A stretch of DNA of 64,000 nt, taken from IMG/VR virus record IMGVR_UViG_3300010157_000054; one strand, written 5' to 3'. A program made the position numbers and the translations under genes. Shown here one piece after another: positions 1-7,642 of the stretch. Under the pieces are notes generated by a model. It saw only the letters and a program-made list of their open reading frames with translations. It had not been told where the DNA came from and did not search any database. The stretch is from an uncultured virus (IMG/VR IMGVR_UViG_3300010157_000054). Lineage: Duplodnaviria; Heunggongvirae; Uroviricota; Caudoviricetes. Every line of letters starts with the position of its first letter. Position 1 is the first letter of the stretch.

Positions 1-119
1 CTTACATAAAGATGTTTAGCTACTACACGATTTTTACAACCCATACCAACATAATACGGTTTAGAATTATCATCTAAGTACGTGTAAACATAATACCCTT
101 TAAAATTTTTCCAACTCAT
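1..119 (-). CDS. GIY-YIG family endonuclease, 5' part only (runs off the window)
   Basis: Not in the ORF track. Manual translation from ATG at 119 (AAGGA upstream) gives MSWKNFKGYYVYTYLDDNSKPYYVGMGCKNR..., with YVY...YVG-x-G...R GIY-YIG-type motifs. Confidence 0.65.
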   Translation of the reverse strand, partial: MSWKNFKGYYVYTYLDDNSKPYYVGMGCKNRVVAKHLYV

Positions 120-131
120 TCAAATGTCCTT

Positions 132-2516
132 TTAGGCAAATCTATTGCCGTTTAACCCGTCTACACTGCTATTCAATTTTTCAGCATGGCTACCATTTTG
201 TTCTAGAGCCGCAAGCTGGGCTGCCGATATCTTATTTAAGTCGTTTAGTGCTTTTAGTATGTCACTATTGAATGATTCAGACGGCGTAGACTCTGATGGT
301 GTATTAGCTATTGGTGTTGCTGGCTCGTCATCATATTCATTACGAGCAGGTTCGGGAGTTTTAGGCGTTTGAGCCATAGAAGAAGTAGCATTTTTTAAAT
401 TACTAATCATATCCCTTGATGCTGCAGCAGCCGAATTATCAGCGGGCGGTATCATAGACTTGGCCATATTGGCTAATTGGCCTGGATCAGGTTGTTTAAT
501 ATTACCAATCATACTGGTAAGTTTCTTATCATCAAACCCACTTGGCATTTTTAGCTTGCTAAACGACGAGCTGATCTGCTTTTGCATATCACCCATCATA
601 GGAGTCATCTGCTTCTGCATATTATCCATCATAGGAGTCATCTGCTTCTGCATATTATCCATCATAGGAGTCATCTGCTTCTGCATATTATCCATCATAG
701 GGGTCATTTGCTTTTGCATATTTTCCATCATTGGAGTCATTTGCTTCTGAATGTCTCCAAACATCTTACTTGGATCAATTCCGCCTAGCATGTCTTTAGA
801 TGATACTGCTGGCATTTTTCCAGCAGACGCTGATTTAAGAAAGTCAAGACCGCCAACACTTTCAAACTTTGTAGCATCGTCCGGTTGCAATACTTTTTCG
901 CCCTTGTGTAGTTGTGCCACAACATCTTTAGGTTCTGTTTTTTCTTTTATTTCGCCTTCTGTTCCTGTATCCCGTTTTGGATACAGTGTTGGCACCCGTG
1001 GAGTATTTTCAGTTTGTATTTGTCCTAATGGTTTTTGTCCAGTATCTGGGTTGCCAGCAATTTCTCCAGAGGTATATCTGCCGCCTCCAATTTTTCCAGT
1101 TACTTCATTTAACTTAGCGGCAAAGCTATCTAAATTAGTAATAACTTTTCCAATAGTTTTAACTTCAAGATTAATTGCTTCGTCCCTAACCCGAGTATTT
1201 GCTTGATTACCAGCGGCTAATGCTTCGTCGCCCGCTCGCCTATTGCCGTTAGCGTCAACACCAGCTATGGCTCTATTTGTTTGTTCTTTACTATAGTCTG
1301 TTACCTGTCTAGGATCACCTGACATGCCTTGTCGTTGAAGATCGATTGATTGCGCTTTTTCTTTTTGTAGATTAGGCAGTCTTTCTTTCATCAGTTCTAA
1401 CATTGCTCCGTTAGTACCAGTTTGTCCACCTCGGCGTTCAACTTCTGCCATTTGCGTAAATTCTTTTGAACGCATTAAGGTGTTGACTTCAATCTTTGCT
1501 GCCTCAAGACGCATTTCTGCTGCTTTTTTCTCTTCTGCTGATCCGCCACGTTCTGTTACATTTTTTAAATTTCTAACAGCATCGCTAAACTCAACACCCT
1601 GTGATCCTAGAGCACCTTGAGTCATCGTTGCTTTGTCGCCGGTTACACCCATATCAGATGATGCTTCAAGGGCAAGATTCTGTAATGCTGGACCAAGACC
1701 AACTAGTTGCGGCATGAGATCACTCAGTGCTTCATTTTGTGCTTGATCACCTTCTAAACGCATTAGCTGCATTTGAAGGCTTTCGTTCATGACACGATTT
1801 TGCTTGTTGATTATGTCTGTGCTTATACCTGTTTCCTGACTTTGACGAATAGTGCTTTCCGTCATTTTCTCAAGAGATCGTATTGCGGCAGCTTTTGCCT
1901 TGGTATCATTTAGATCTATGTTACCGTTTTGAGTAATCCAAGTATTGGTATAGGTAGCAAGCTGTTCTGATGATAGGCCAAATGTTGATTGTAATTGTTT
2001 GGCAATATCTGTCTTTTTAAAGTCGTCTTGGAAGCTGGTTAGCTTCTTCATTGCTTCGCCGCTTTGTCCGCTTAGACCAAGCGTGTTTTTAGCCATGTCT
2101 TCTTGCTGTTTTGCAAACTGTTCTTGTGACAATCCACTTCGAGCACGAGTTTTTTCCATGTCTAGTAGTCCGCCAGCAAAAGCAGTTCCGGCGCTGAGTT
2201 GCTTTTGATAACTGTCAACTGAATTCGTCACAGCTCCAGAAACTGCGCCAAAAGCCGCCATCGCAGTATTAGCACCTATTGGCAATTTTCCTAGTGCCGT
2301 GCCAACTAGACCAACGGCAGTGGCAGTGGCTGAACTTGAACTGCCAAGTTTGCCAACACCTGTAATAGCTTCACCAAGGGATTTATCCCAACCAGCTGTA
2401 AAGCCAAATGTACCACCTGCGGCCGCAGGAGTGCTAGCAGGGGTATTAGTGCGAGACCCGCCTGCTTTCTGCAGCTCAATTAGTTCAGCTAATAACTCTT
2501 CAGTAGTCTTGGCCAT
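132..2516 (-). CDS. Tape-measure-like tail protein (794 aa)
   Basis: Long helical Ala/Gln/Lys-rich protein with a Gly/Ala-rich hydrophobic N-terminal segment and an LHKGEKVL motif; late-type promoter; adjacent to a baseplate hub gene. Confidence 0.6.
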   Translation of the reverse strand: MAKTTEELLAELIELQKAGGSRTNTPASTPAAAGGTFGFTAGWDKSLGEAITGVGKLGSSSSATATAVGLVGTALGKLPIGANTAMAAFGAVSGAVTNSVDSYQKQLSAGTAFAGGLLDMEKTRARSGLSQEQFAKQQEDMAKNTLGLSGQSGEAMKKLTSFQDDFKKTDIAKQLQSTFGLSSEQLATYTNTWITQNGNIDLNDTKAKAAAIRSLEKMTESTIRQSQETGISTDIINKQNRVMNESLQMQLMRLEGDQAQNEALSDLMPQLVGLGPALQNLALEASSDMGVTGDKATMTQGALGSQGVEFSDAVRNLKNVTERGGSAEEKKAAEMRLEAAKIEVNTLMRSKEFTQMAEVERRGGQTGTNGAMLELMKERLPNLQKEKAQSIDLQRQGMSGDPRQVTDYSKEQTNRAIAGVDANGNRRAGDEALAAGNQANTRVRDEAINLEVKTIGKVITNLDSFAAKLNEVTGKIGGGRYTSGEIAGNPDTGQKPLGQIQTENTPRVPTLYPKRDTGTEGEIKEKTEPKDVVAQLHKGEKVLQPDDATKFESVGGLDFLKSASAGKMPAVSSKDMLGGIDPSKMFGDIQKQMTPMMENMQKQMTPMMDNMQKQMTPMMDNMQKQMTPMMDNMQKQMTPMMGDMQKQISSSFSKLKMPSGFDDKKLTSMIGNIKQPDPGQLANMAKSMIPPADNSAAAASRDMISNLKNATSSMAQTPKTPEPARNEYDDEPATPIANTPSESTPSESFNSDILKALNDLNKISAAQLAALEQNGSHAEKLNSSVDGLNGNRFA
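574..755. repeat. 33-bp coding tandem repeat, about 5.5 copies (MQKQMTPMMDN)
   Basis: Unit atctgcttctgcatattatccatcataggagtc recurs at 574, 607, 640, 673, 706 and partially 739. Confidence 0.95.
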
Positions 2517-2541
2517 TTAAAAAATCCTAAAAATATGCGTA

Positions 2542-2549
2542 TATAAATA
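2542..2549 (+). promoter_or_regulatory. T4-type late promoter TATAAATA for the gp26-like gene
   Basis: Exact T4 late consensus 31 nt upstream of ATG 2581; GGAG SD follows. Confidence 0.75.
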
Positions 2550-2561
2550 CACTATATGATA

Positions 2562-2569
2562 TATTTATC
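2562..2569 (-). promoter_or_regulatory. Late promoter GATAAATA for the tape-measure-like gene
   Basis: Reverse complement of tatttatc; the same variant recurs before other structural genes. Confidence 0.6.
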
Positions 2570-2580
2570 CGGAGTCAAAT

Positions 2581-3408
2581 ATGGCCAATAATCCCTTACA
2601 GAAGTTTTTTCGTCAACCAAAAATCTTTATTAATTTACCCAGTAAAGGTCAGTACAACAACCCTGGTGAAATTACCGGCGATGTTACCAAGTTAGCAGTA
2701 TACGGTATGACTGGTATGGACGAAATTCTTATAAAAACACCTGATGCGTTAGTCACTGGCGAAAGCACTGTTAAAGTTATTGAAAGCTGTTGCCCGTCAA
2801 TTACCAACGGGTGGGCAGTTAGCAATTTAGATTTAGAATTAATACTAGCGGCTATACGTATTGCTACCTATACCAACATTATCACCGTTGGACATACTTG
2901 TGAGCATTGTCAAACAGAAAATGAATATGAACTTGAACTTTCAAAAATAATTGATTACTATAATCACATTACCTTTGACAATCATGCTGTGTTAAAAGAT
3001 GTAGTTGTAAAATTAAGACCGTTATGCTATAAAGAAGTTACAGAATTTAGTCAACGTAATTTTGAATTACGACAAAAATTACAAGCGGCAGCTACTATTG
3101 AAAATGATGTTGAAAAATCTAAAGAAATGTCAATATTATTTGAAGCATACGGCTTGTTACAAGTAGAAGTATATTCAGCTAATATCACTGCTATCGAAGT
3201 TGGAACCACGGTGGTCAATGAACGAGCATTTATTAATGAATGGTTGGCTAACACTGAAAAATCCACGTTTGACCAAATCAAAGTTCACATTGACAAAAAT
3301 ACACAACTGTGGGAAACTCCACCGCAAATGGCCCAATGTGAAAGTTGTGGCAAGGAAAACACAATTCGTGTGGCACTAGACCATTCAAATTTTTTCGCGA
3401 CAGCCTAA
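2581..3408 (+). CDS. Baseplate hub assembly protein, T4 gp26-like
   Basis: LPSKG N-terminal motif, MTGMDEILIK, two CxxC pairs (CEHC, CESC), C-terminal FF. Confidence 0.7.
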   Translation: MANNPLQKFFRQPKIFINLPSKGQYNNPGEITGDVTKLAVYGMTGMDEILIKTPDALVTGESTVKVIESCCPSITNGWAVSNLDLELILAAIRIATYTNIITVGHTCEHCQTENEYELELSKIIDYYNHITFDNHAVLKDVVVKLRPLCYKEVTEFSQRNFELRQKLQAAATIENDVEKSKEMSILFEAYGLLQVEVYSANITAIEVGTTVVNERAFINEWLANTEKSTFDQIKVHIDKNTQLWETPPQMAQCESCGKENTIRVALDHSNFFATA

Positions 3409-3629
3409 TTAGATTATCCACCCAGGAAATTGAAGAGTATCTAGTTAGGCTTGATAAAGAAGCAATAAACTTTAAAGAAGAGTTGTTTAGAATTAGTTGG
3501 TATATGCGGGGTGGCGTTAGTATTAATGATCTAATGCACACCTATAGCTATGAAGACCGCACACTAATGTACAAAATTATTTCAGATAACATGGAATTGT
3601 CTAAAATAATGCAACAACCTTTTGTTTAA
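3396..3629 (+). CDS. gp51-like small hub/tail chaperone domain, probably expressed as a -1 frameshift extension of the gp26-like gene
   Basis: Open -1 frame RDSLIRLSTQEIEEY...WYMRGGVSINDLMH...QQPFV begins at slippery AAATTTTTTC (3387-3396). An independent start at ATG 3504 is an alternative. Confidence 0.6.
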   Translation, partial: RDSLIRLSTQEIEEYLVRLDKEAINFKEELFRISWYMRGGVSINDLMHTYSYEDRTLMYKIISDNMELSKIMQQPFV

Positions 3630-4657
3630 TTAATGCCCTTAAACATTGGATTGCCTTTATACGTTGAAGTGCTAGGCACTTCTGATTGATAAGGTGAGGT
3701 GTTTGTACTGGCCGGTGTTTCTGGTTTAGCTGTTGACGAAGCATCTCTATCTGCTGCCGCTCCAGTATCGCTTTCTGGTTTGGGTTCAGAAGGATTGCCA
3801 GCAAGGTCGTTGGCTTTCTTTTTGGCCATATCAATCAGTTCAGCAACTCCGTCGTATGCTATTTTTCCAACGTTGTCCATCATACCGCCCGCAAACATAT
3901 CAGACCAAAACGACCTAGCTTCTTTGGTGCTTAATGCTGTAATAAGTGCAGCACGAGCGGCTGAACTCATTGAGCCCATACTGCCACCAATCTTATTTGC
4001 CAGCGGCGAAGAACTGCCTCTAAGCATTGCTCCCATAGCGCCCCATCCAGTACTTTGTTTCAGTACAGAAAATACCACAGTTGATGCGGCAATTTGAAAT
4101 ACCAATGTTGATTTTAAATGGGCAACACCGGCGTCGTATTGCTCTTGTGACATGCCGTTTTTTAATTGCTCATCAAAATACGCAATACCTTGATTGTAAT
4201 CCTGAACCATATTATAAATGCCAAAAACAGAAATAGCTTTAGAGACTAATCCCACTACCGGAATTTTACGTATTAATGAGGTTGCTGTGGTAGCGGCGGT
4301 TTGAGCACCTGGCGGAACAGGTGATCCTGATGGTAGCTTAGGCGGAACTTTAGTTGAAAGTCTTTCAGCATGATATTGTTTAAGAACTTTGGCCATGAAG
4401 TTGGGATCTTTAGCATATATTTCTGCAGCACGGGGACCGTATATCTTTTCAACTTGAGCGGCTGTGGGTGCAGCTCCACGTAGGGTATTACGGATAAGCT
4501 GACTATTTTTTGACATCATATCAACTAGATCGCCACGGGCACCAGTTTGTGCTAGCCATTTAGCTCCGTTAGCAACACCTTTACCTGCTAGCTTTAATAA
4601 ATCAACAGCTGCAGCTTCTTGAACTGTGTTCTCACTGATAATGTCGTAAATCTTCAT
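3626..4657 (-). CDS. Hypothetical late protein (343 aa), possible virion internal protein
   Basis: GAGG SD and GATAAATA promoter upstream; Ala/Gly-rich; N-terminus MKIYDIISE. Confidence 0.6.
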   Translation of the reverse strand: MKIYDIISENTVQEAAAVDLLKLAGKGVANGAKWLAQTGARGDLVDMMSKNSQLIRNTLRGAAPTAAQVEKIYGPRAAEIYAKDPNFMAKVLKQYHAERLSTKVPPKLPSGSPVPPGAQTAATTATSLIRKIPVVGLVSKAISVFGIYNMVQDYNQGIAYFDEQLKNGMSQEQYDAGVAHLKSTLVFQIAASTVVFSVLKQSTGWGAMGAMLRGSSSPLANKIGGSMGSMSSAARAALITALSTKEARSFWSDMFAGGMMDNVGKIAYDGVAELIDMAKKKANDLAGNPSEPKPESDTGAAADRDASSTAKPETPASTNTSPYQSEVPSTSTYKGNPMFKGIN

Positions 4658-4676
4658 TTGTATATCCTCTATGTGA

Positions 4677-4684
4677 TATTTATC
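4677..4684 (-). promoter_or_regulatory. Late promoter GATAAATA
   Basis: 19 nt upstream of ATG 4657. Confidence 0.65.
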
Positions 4685-4689
4685 AACTG

Positions 4690-5165
4690 TATTAAGAAGA
4701 ACTAACGTTCTTCTGTGTTATCGCTTGCGCTCTAACACATGTTGTTTCTCTTTGCAAAAACTATTAACTACGAAGTAGTTTAAATATTATCTAGATTGTT
4801 CAGTCACACTTTGCCCTGGCGGGCAAAAAATGAACATTATCTGAGTTGACCAGTTCACTTAACGTTACAGCATTACAGTGGCGGTTGTCCGGTACCACGA
4901 GCTGAGTCTTTATACAACGGCGGGTCTAACAGCATACGTTAACATGCCAATAGCCGTGGGTATTTCTCCCTCTTTTAGCCTTGTTTAAAATTTCTCTTAT
5001 AAATCAAACGGATTGTATGTAGGCATATTCCATCGTGGTCCTGTAAAGGATACTGATTTACGTCTCTGCTGCCACTCAGAATACCCTGCCGTCACACATC
5101 AGAACGGATTCGGGGCACAATATCGGTCGCCTGTGCGGGCTTATTTGGCAGTTAAACAGCCTGAA
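4690..5165 (-). ncRNA. Candidate large structured non-coding RNA (family not recognised)
   Basis: By far the longest intergenic gap in a gene-dense window; many nested helices, a long-range closing stem and a 6-bp pseudoknot seen by eye (see findings). Confidence 0.6.
4696..4713 (-). terminator. Possible intrinsic terminator hairpin GAAGAAC-GUUA-GUUCUUC
   Basis: Perfect 7-bp stem followed by UUAAU at the 3' end of the gp55-gp47-gp46-nuclease transcription unit; U-tract is weak. Confidence 0.4.
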
Positions 5166-5168
5166 TTA

Positions 5169-5594
5169 TTAGCCTTTGAGTATATGTGAACCATGTACAC
5201 GAACAGAAATCTGGCCGTTATAATAGTCTTTTGATTCTAGAACTTTGTGGGTAAATTGTTCTCTGGCCTCGATGTAAGAGCATTGCGCCTTGCTTGTGCA
5301 GTAATATAGGACTTCCCGAGTGAAGTTTTCTTTGCCTAATTTCAATACGTCAGCATTTAATTCCAGATTTGAACCGTAATAATCACGCCAATCTGAATCA
5401 ACTTTTGATCGTATTTTCTTTTTTTTCTTAGTCCCGTTCTTGAGCTTGACCACCTTGTAGGATGTTTTAGCGAACTTGGCTAATTTTTTGCCTATATATT
5501 TGCGTCCAGAGATGACATTTGTTATCAAGTACACGAAACCCACACACTCTTCGGGGAGTGTTTCAATGATTTCATTTTGATAAGTCCATGACAT
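5169..5594 (-). CDS. Small stand-alone GIY-YIG (Seg-like) endonuclease, 141 aa
   Basis: GFVYLITN...RKYIGKK motifs, YYGS, conserved Glu (YIEARE) and YYN; Lys-rich insert KNGTKKKKKIRSK; no C-terminal DNA-binding domain. Confidence 0.85.
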   Translation of the reverse strand: MSWTYQNEIIETLPEECVGFVYLITNVISGRKYIGKKLAKFAKTSYKVVKLKNGTKKKKKIRSKVDSDWRDYYGSNLELNADVLKLGKENFTREVLYYCTSKAQCSYIEAREQFTHKVLESKDYYNGQISVRVHGSHILKG

Positions 5595-5597
5595 GCA

Positions 5598-5864
5598 CTA
5601 ATTAGTGTTGTCAGATGTGCCTTTGTGTTGATTCTGGTTTGCCTTGCGTTTTGCTTTTGCCTGTTTCATATCTTCATTTTTCCACTCTCGCCACTCTTGT
5701 ACTTTTACACGACGAGCAGAGCAGATGCGCCTAATCTCACTTAACCACCATCGAACATCCATACCTGCTCGCTTGGTGTCCTCGTTGAGCCATTTTTGAT
5801 TTGCCTTAAAATATTCGCGAAAAGCTGACATGAGTTCATCATGTAGCTGTTCGTCTTTGTCCAT
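5598..5864 (-). CDS. Small basic helical hypothetical protein (88 aa)
   Basis: ORF coupled to the gp46 stop codon; Arg/Lys-rich C-terminal half. Confidence 0.65.
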   Translation of the reverse strand: MDKDEQLHDELMSAFREYFKANQKWLNEDTKRAGMDVRWWLSEIRRICSARRVKVQEWREWKNEDMKQAKAKRKANQNQHKGTSDNTN

Positions 5865-7642
5865 TACTCAGTAACCTCAAGATCATTGGCATAGCTGGTA
5901 AAGCCGTTTTCTTTAATCACACGTAGCACATTGTTTACACGACCAATAAGTTCATCTTTGTGACTGATTAAGAACACATTCTTTTTGCGTTCACGTGACG
6001 TTTTTTTCAGTATGCTTAATGCGCCTTCTACACCGCTAGCATCAAGTCCGTTGTCAATAAGTTCGTCTACAAACAGTAAATTAATCTGTTGATATAAACT
6101 TTCCCACACATCGCGGAACGCTAGAGATAACGATAAAATCAATCTAGTACGTTCGCCACGAGACAAGTTGTCAAAGTCAAGATCCTGGCCTAATTGTGTA
6201 ATCTCAACATTAAGATCGTTTAAGAAACTAACGGTATGCGGCAAGCCCATCTTGTCAAGATAGTAAGTCAAACGGTTGTTCAAGTACGCTAGATTCTGAT
6301 CAATAATTTTCTTACGAATAAACGAATCTTTTGATGTTAACAACTTGAGCAAGAACTCTTGATGGTCCTTTAGGGTGCTCAATGTGTTAATACTATCCCA
6401 ATTAATTTCTTGTAGAGCAGTATCAGTAAGTTCATCAATTTGTTCTTGATACGGGTCTGACTCACCTGCTTTGATCTGTAACTGTGTTTCTAAAGTTTTC
6501 AAATTATTCTGATGCTTTAGAGCCTGTTCAACAGAGTCGTAGTATGTGTCCGGCCGGACTGTTTGCTCACCTAGCGCAGTAATTTCTTTATTAATCTTAG
6601 CTAGGTCTAGTGTAACTTTATCAAAGTATTTTTGTGCGTCATCCGAGTGAGTCGTAGCCTCAGCAGACATTTCTTCATGTTTATGATCACGGAGATCTTG
6701 TTCACAAGCGTGGCACTTTTTGTCTTTCAACTTAGCAAGCTCGCTTGCGTACTTTTTTACGCTTCGCTCCGCTTGCGCTATCGCGCTGTCTAAAGTTGCC
6801 CGCTCCTTATTGAGACTCTTGAGCTTGGACGTGCGCTCTTCGTACACTTTTAGTTCAGCATGTTTAGAAAGTTCAGTGTCAATATCAACACCTTCTAATT
6901 CAATAATAGCACGACCAATTTTTTCTAATTCGTTTTCGTGCTGAGTATTCCATGCGCTTTGTCTAGTCAATAATCCGTCAATACTTACCTGAATTTTTTC
7001 ATTACTTTTCTTTGCGGCTTCTAAATCTGCGTTCTTTTGATAGATGTCATCTTTAGTAGTCTTAATCATTTCTTTAAGTGTTTCTGCCTTTTCGGATAGC
7101 AACGTAACGCCTAATAATTGTTCAATAATAACCCGCTGGTCGTTAGCCCGCATACTAAGAAACGGCTCGGTGTAGGTGTTAAGGGCTACAATATGTTTGA
7201 ACATATCATGCGACATTTCTAATAACTCATCAAGATCTTTTTGTGTTTCACGCATGTCGCCTTGTGCGTCATCAGATTCGTCAGTCTCTTGCTCTTGATC
7301 ATTTACATAGAACTTTAGTACGTTAGGTTTTCGTCCACGCTCAATACGATAGTTAGTGCCGTCCTTTTCAAACGTTAATGTAACTAACATGCCTTTATTG
7401 TTAATCTTGTTAATAAGATTATCTTTTTTAATGTTAGTTAATGCGTTACCAAACAAACTATAACTGAGCGCATTTACAATAGTAGTTTTACCTGTACCGT
7501 TTCTGCTACCGCTGTCATCTCCGCCTTGATCTAAGTTTTCACCTAGCACAAGTGTTAGATTTTCTTGCGCAAAATTTACAGCCTGGGTTTGATTACCCAC
7601 ACTCATGAAGTTTTTTACTGTTAATTCTTTAATTTTTATCAT
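5864..7642 (-). CDS. gp46: Recombination endonuclease ATPase subunit (gp46/SbcC/Rad50-like)
   Basis: Walker A NGTGKTT, coiled coil with CHAC zinc hook, LSRGE signature, Walker B LFVDE, ISH. Confidence 0.95.
   Translation of the reverse strand: MIKIKELTVKNFMSVGNQTQAVNFAQENLTLVLGENLDQGGDDSGSRNGTGKTTIVNALSYSLFGNALTNIKKDNLINKINNKGMLVTLTFEKDGTNYRIERGRKPNVLKFYVNDQEQETDESDDAQGDMRETQKDLDELLEMSHDMFKHIVALNTYTEPFLSMRANDQRVIIEQLLGVTLLSEKAETLKEMIKTTKDDIYQKNADLEAAKKSNEKIQVSIDGLLTRQSAWNTQHENELEKIGRAIIELEGVDIDTELSKHAELKVYEERTSKLKSLNKERATLDSAIAQAERSVKKYASELAKLKDKKCHACEQDLRDHKHEEMSAEATTHSDDAQKYFDKVTLDLAKINKEITALGEQTVRPDTYYDSVEQALKHQNNLKTLETQLQIKAGESDPYQEQIDELTDTALQEINWDSINTLSTLKDHQEFLLKLLTSKDSFIRKKIIDQNLAYLNNRLTYYLDKMGLPHTVSFLNDLNVEITQLGQDLDFDNLSRGERTRLILSLSLAFRDVWESLYQQINLLFVDELIDNGLDASGVEGALSILKKTSRERKKNVFLISHKDELIGRVNNVLRVIKENGFTSYANDLEVTE

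Noticed and set aside
574..755. 33-bp repeats as a CRISPR array
   Set aside because: The units are directly tandem with no unique spacers, in frame within a CDS, and no cas genes are present.
145..2520. Plus-strand ORFs opposite the tape-measure-like gene, including the Cys/Ile and His-rich repeat ORFs
   Set aside because: Antisense shadows of the real gene and its repeat; no SD or promoter support.
3345..3395. GTG 3345 start for the 94-aa ORF
   Set aside because: It lies inside the gp26-like gene without a clear SD; frameshift entry at 3387-3396 or ATG 3504 explains the frame better.
4690..5165. tmRNA, RNase P RNA, tRNA or group I/II intron
   Set aside because: I could not find tRNA-like ends, the RNase P GAGGAAAGUCC core, group I P7 or a group II domain V, and no interrupted gene flanks it. 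Judged by eye only; an Rfam scan is still needed.
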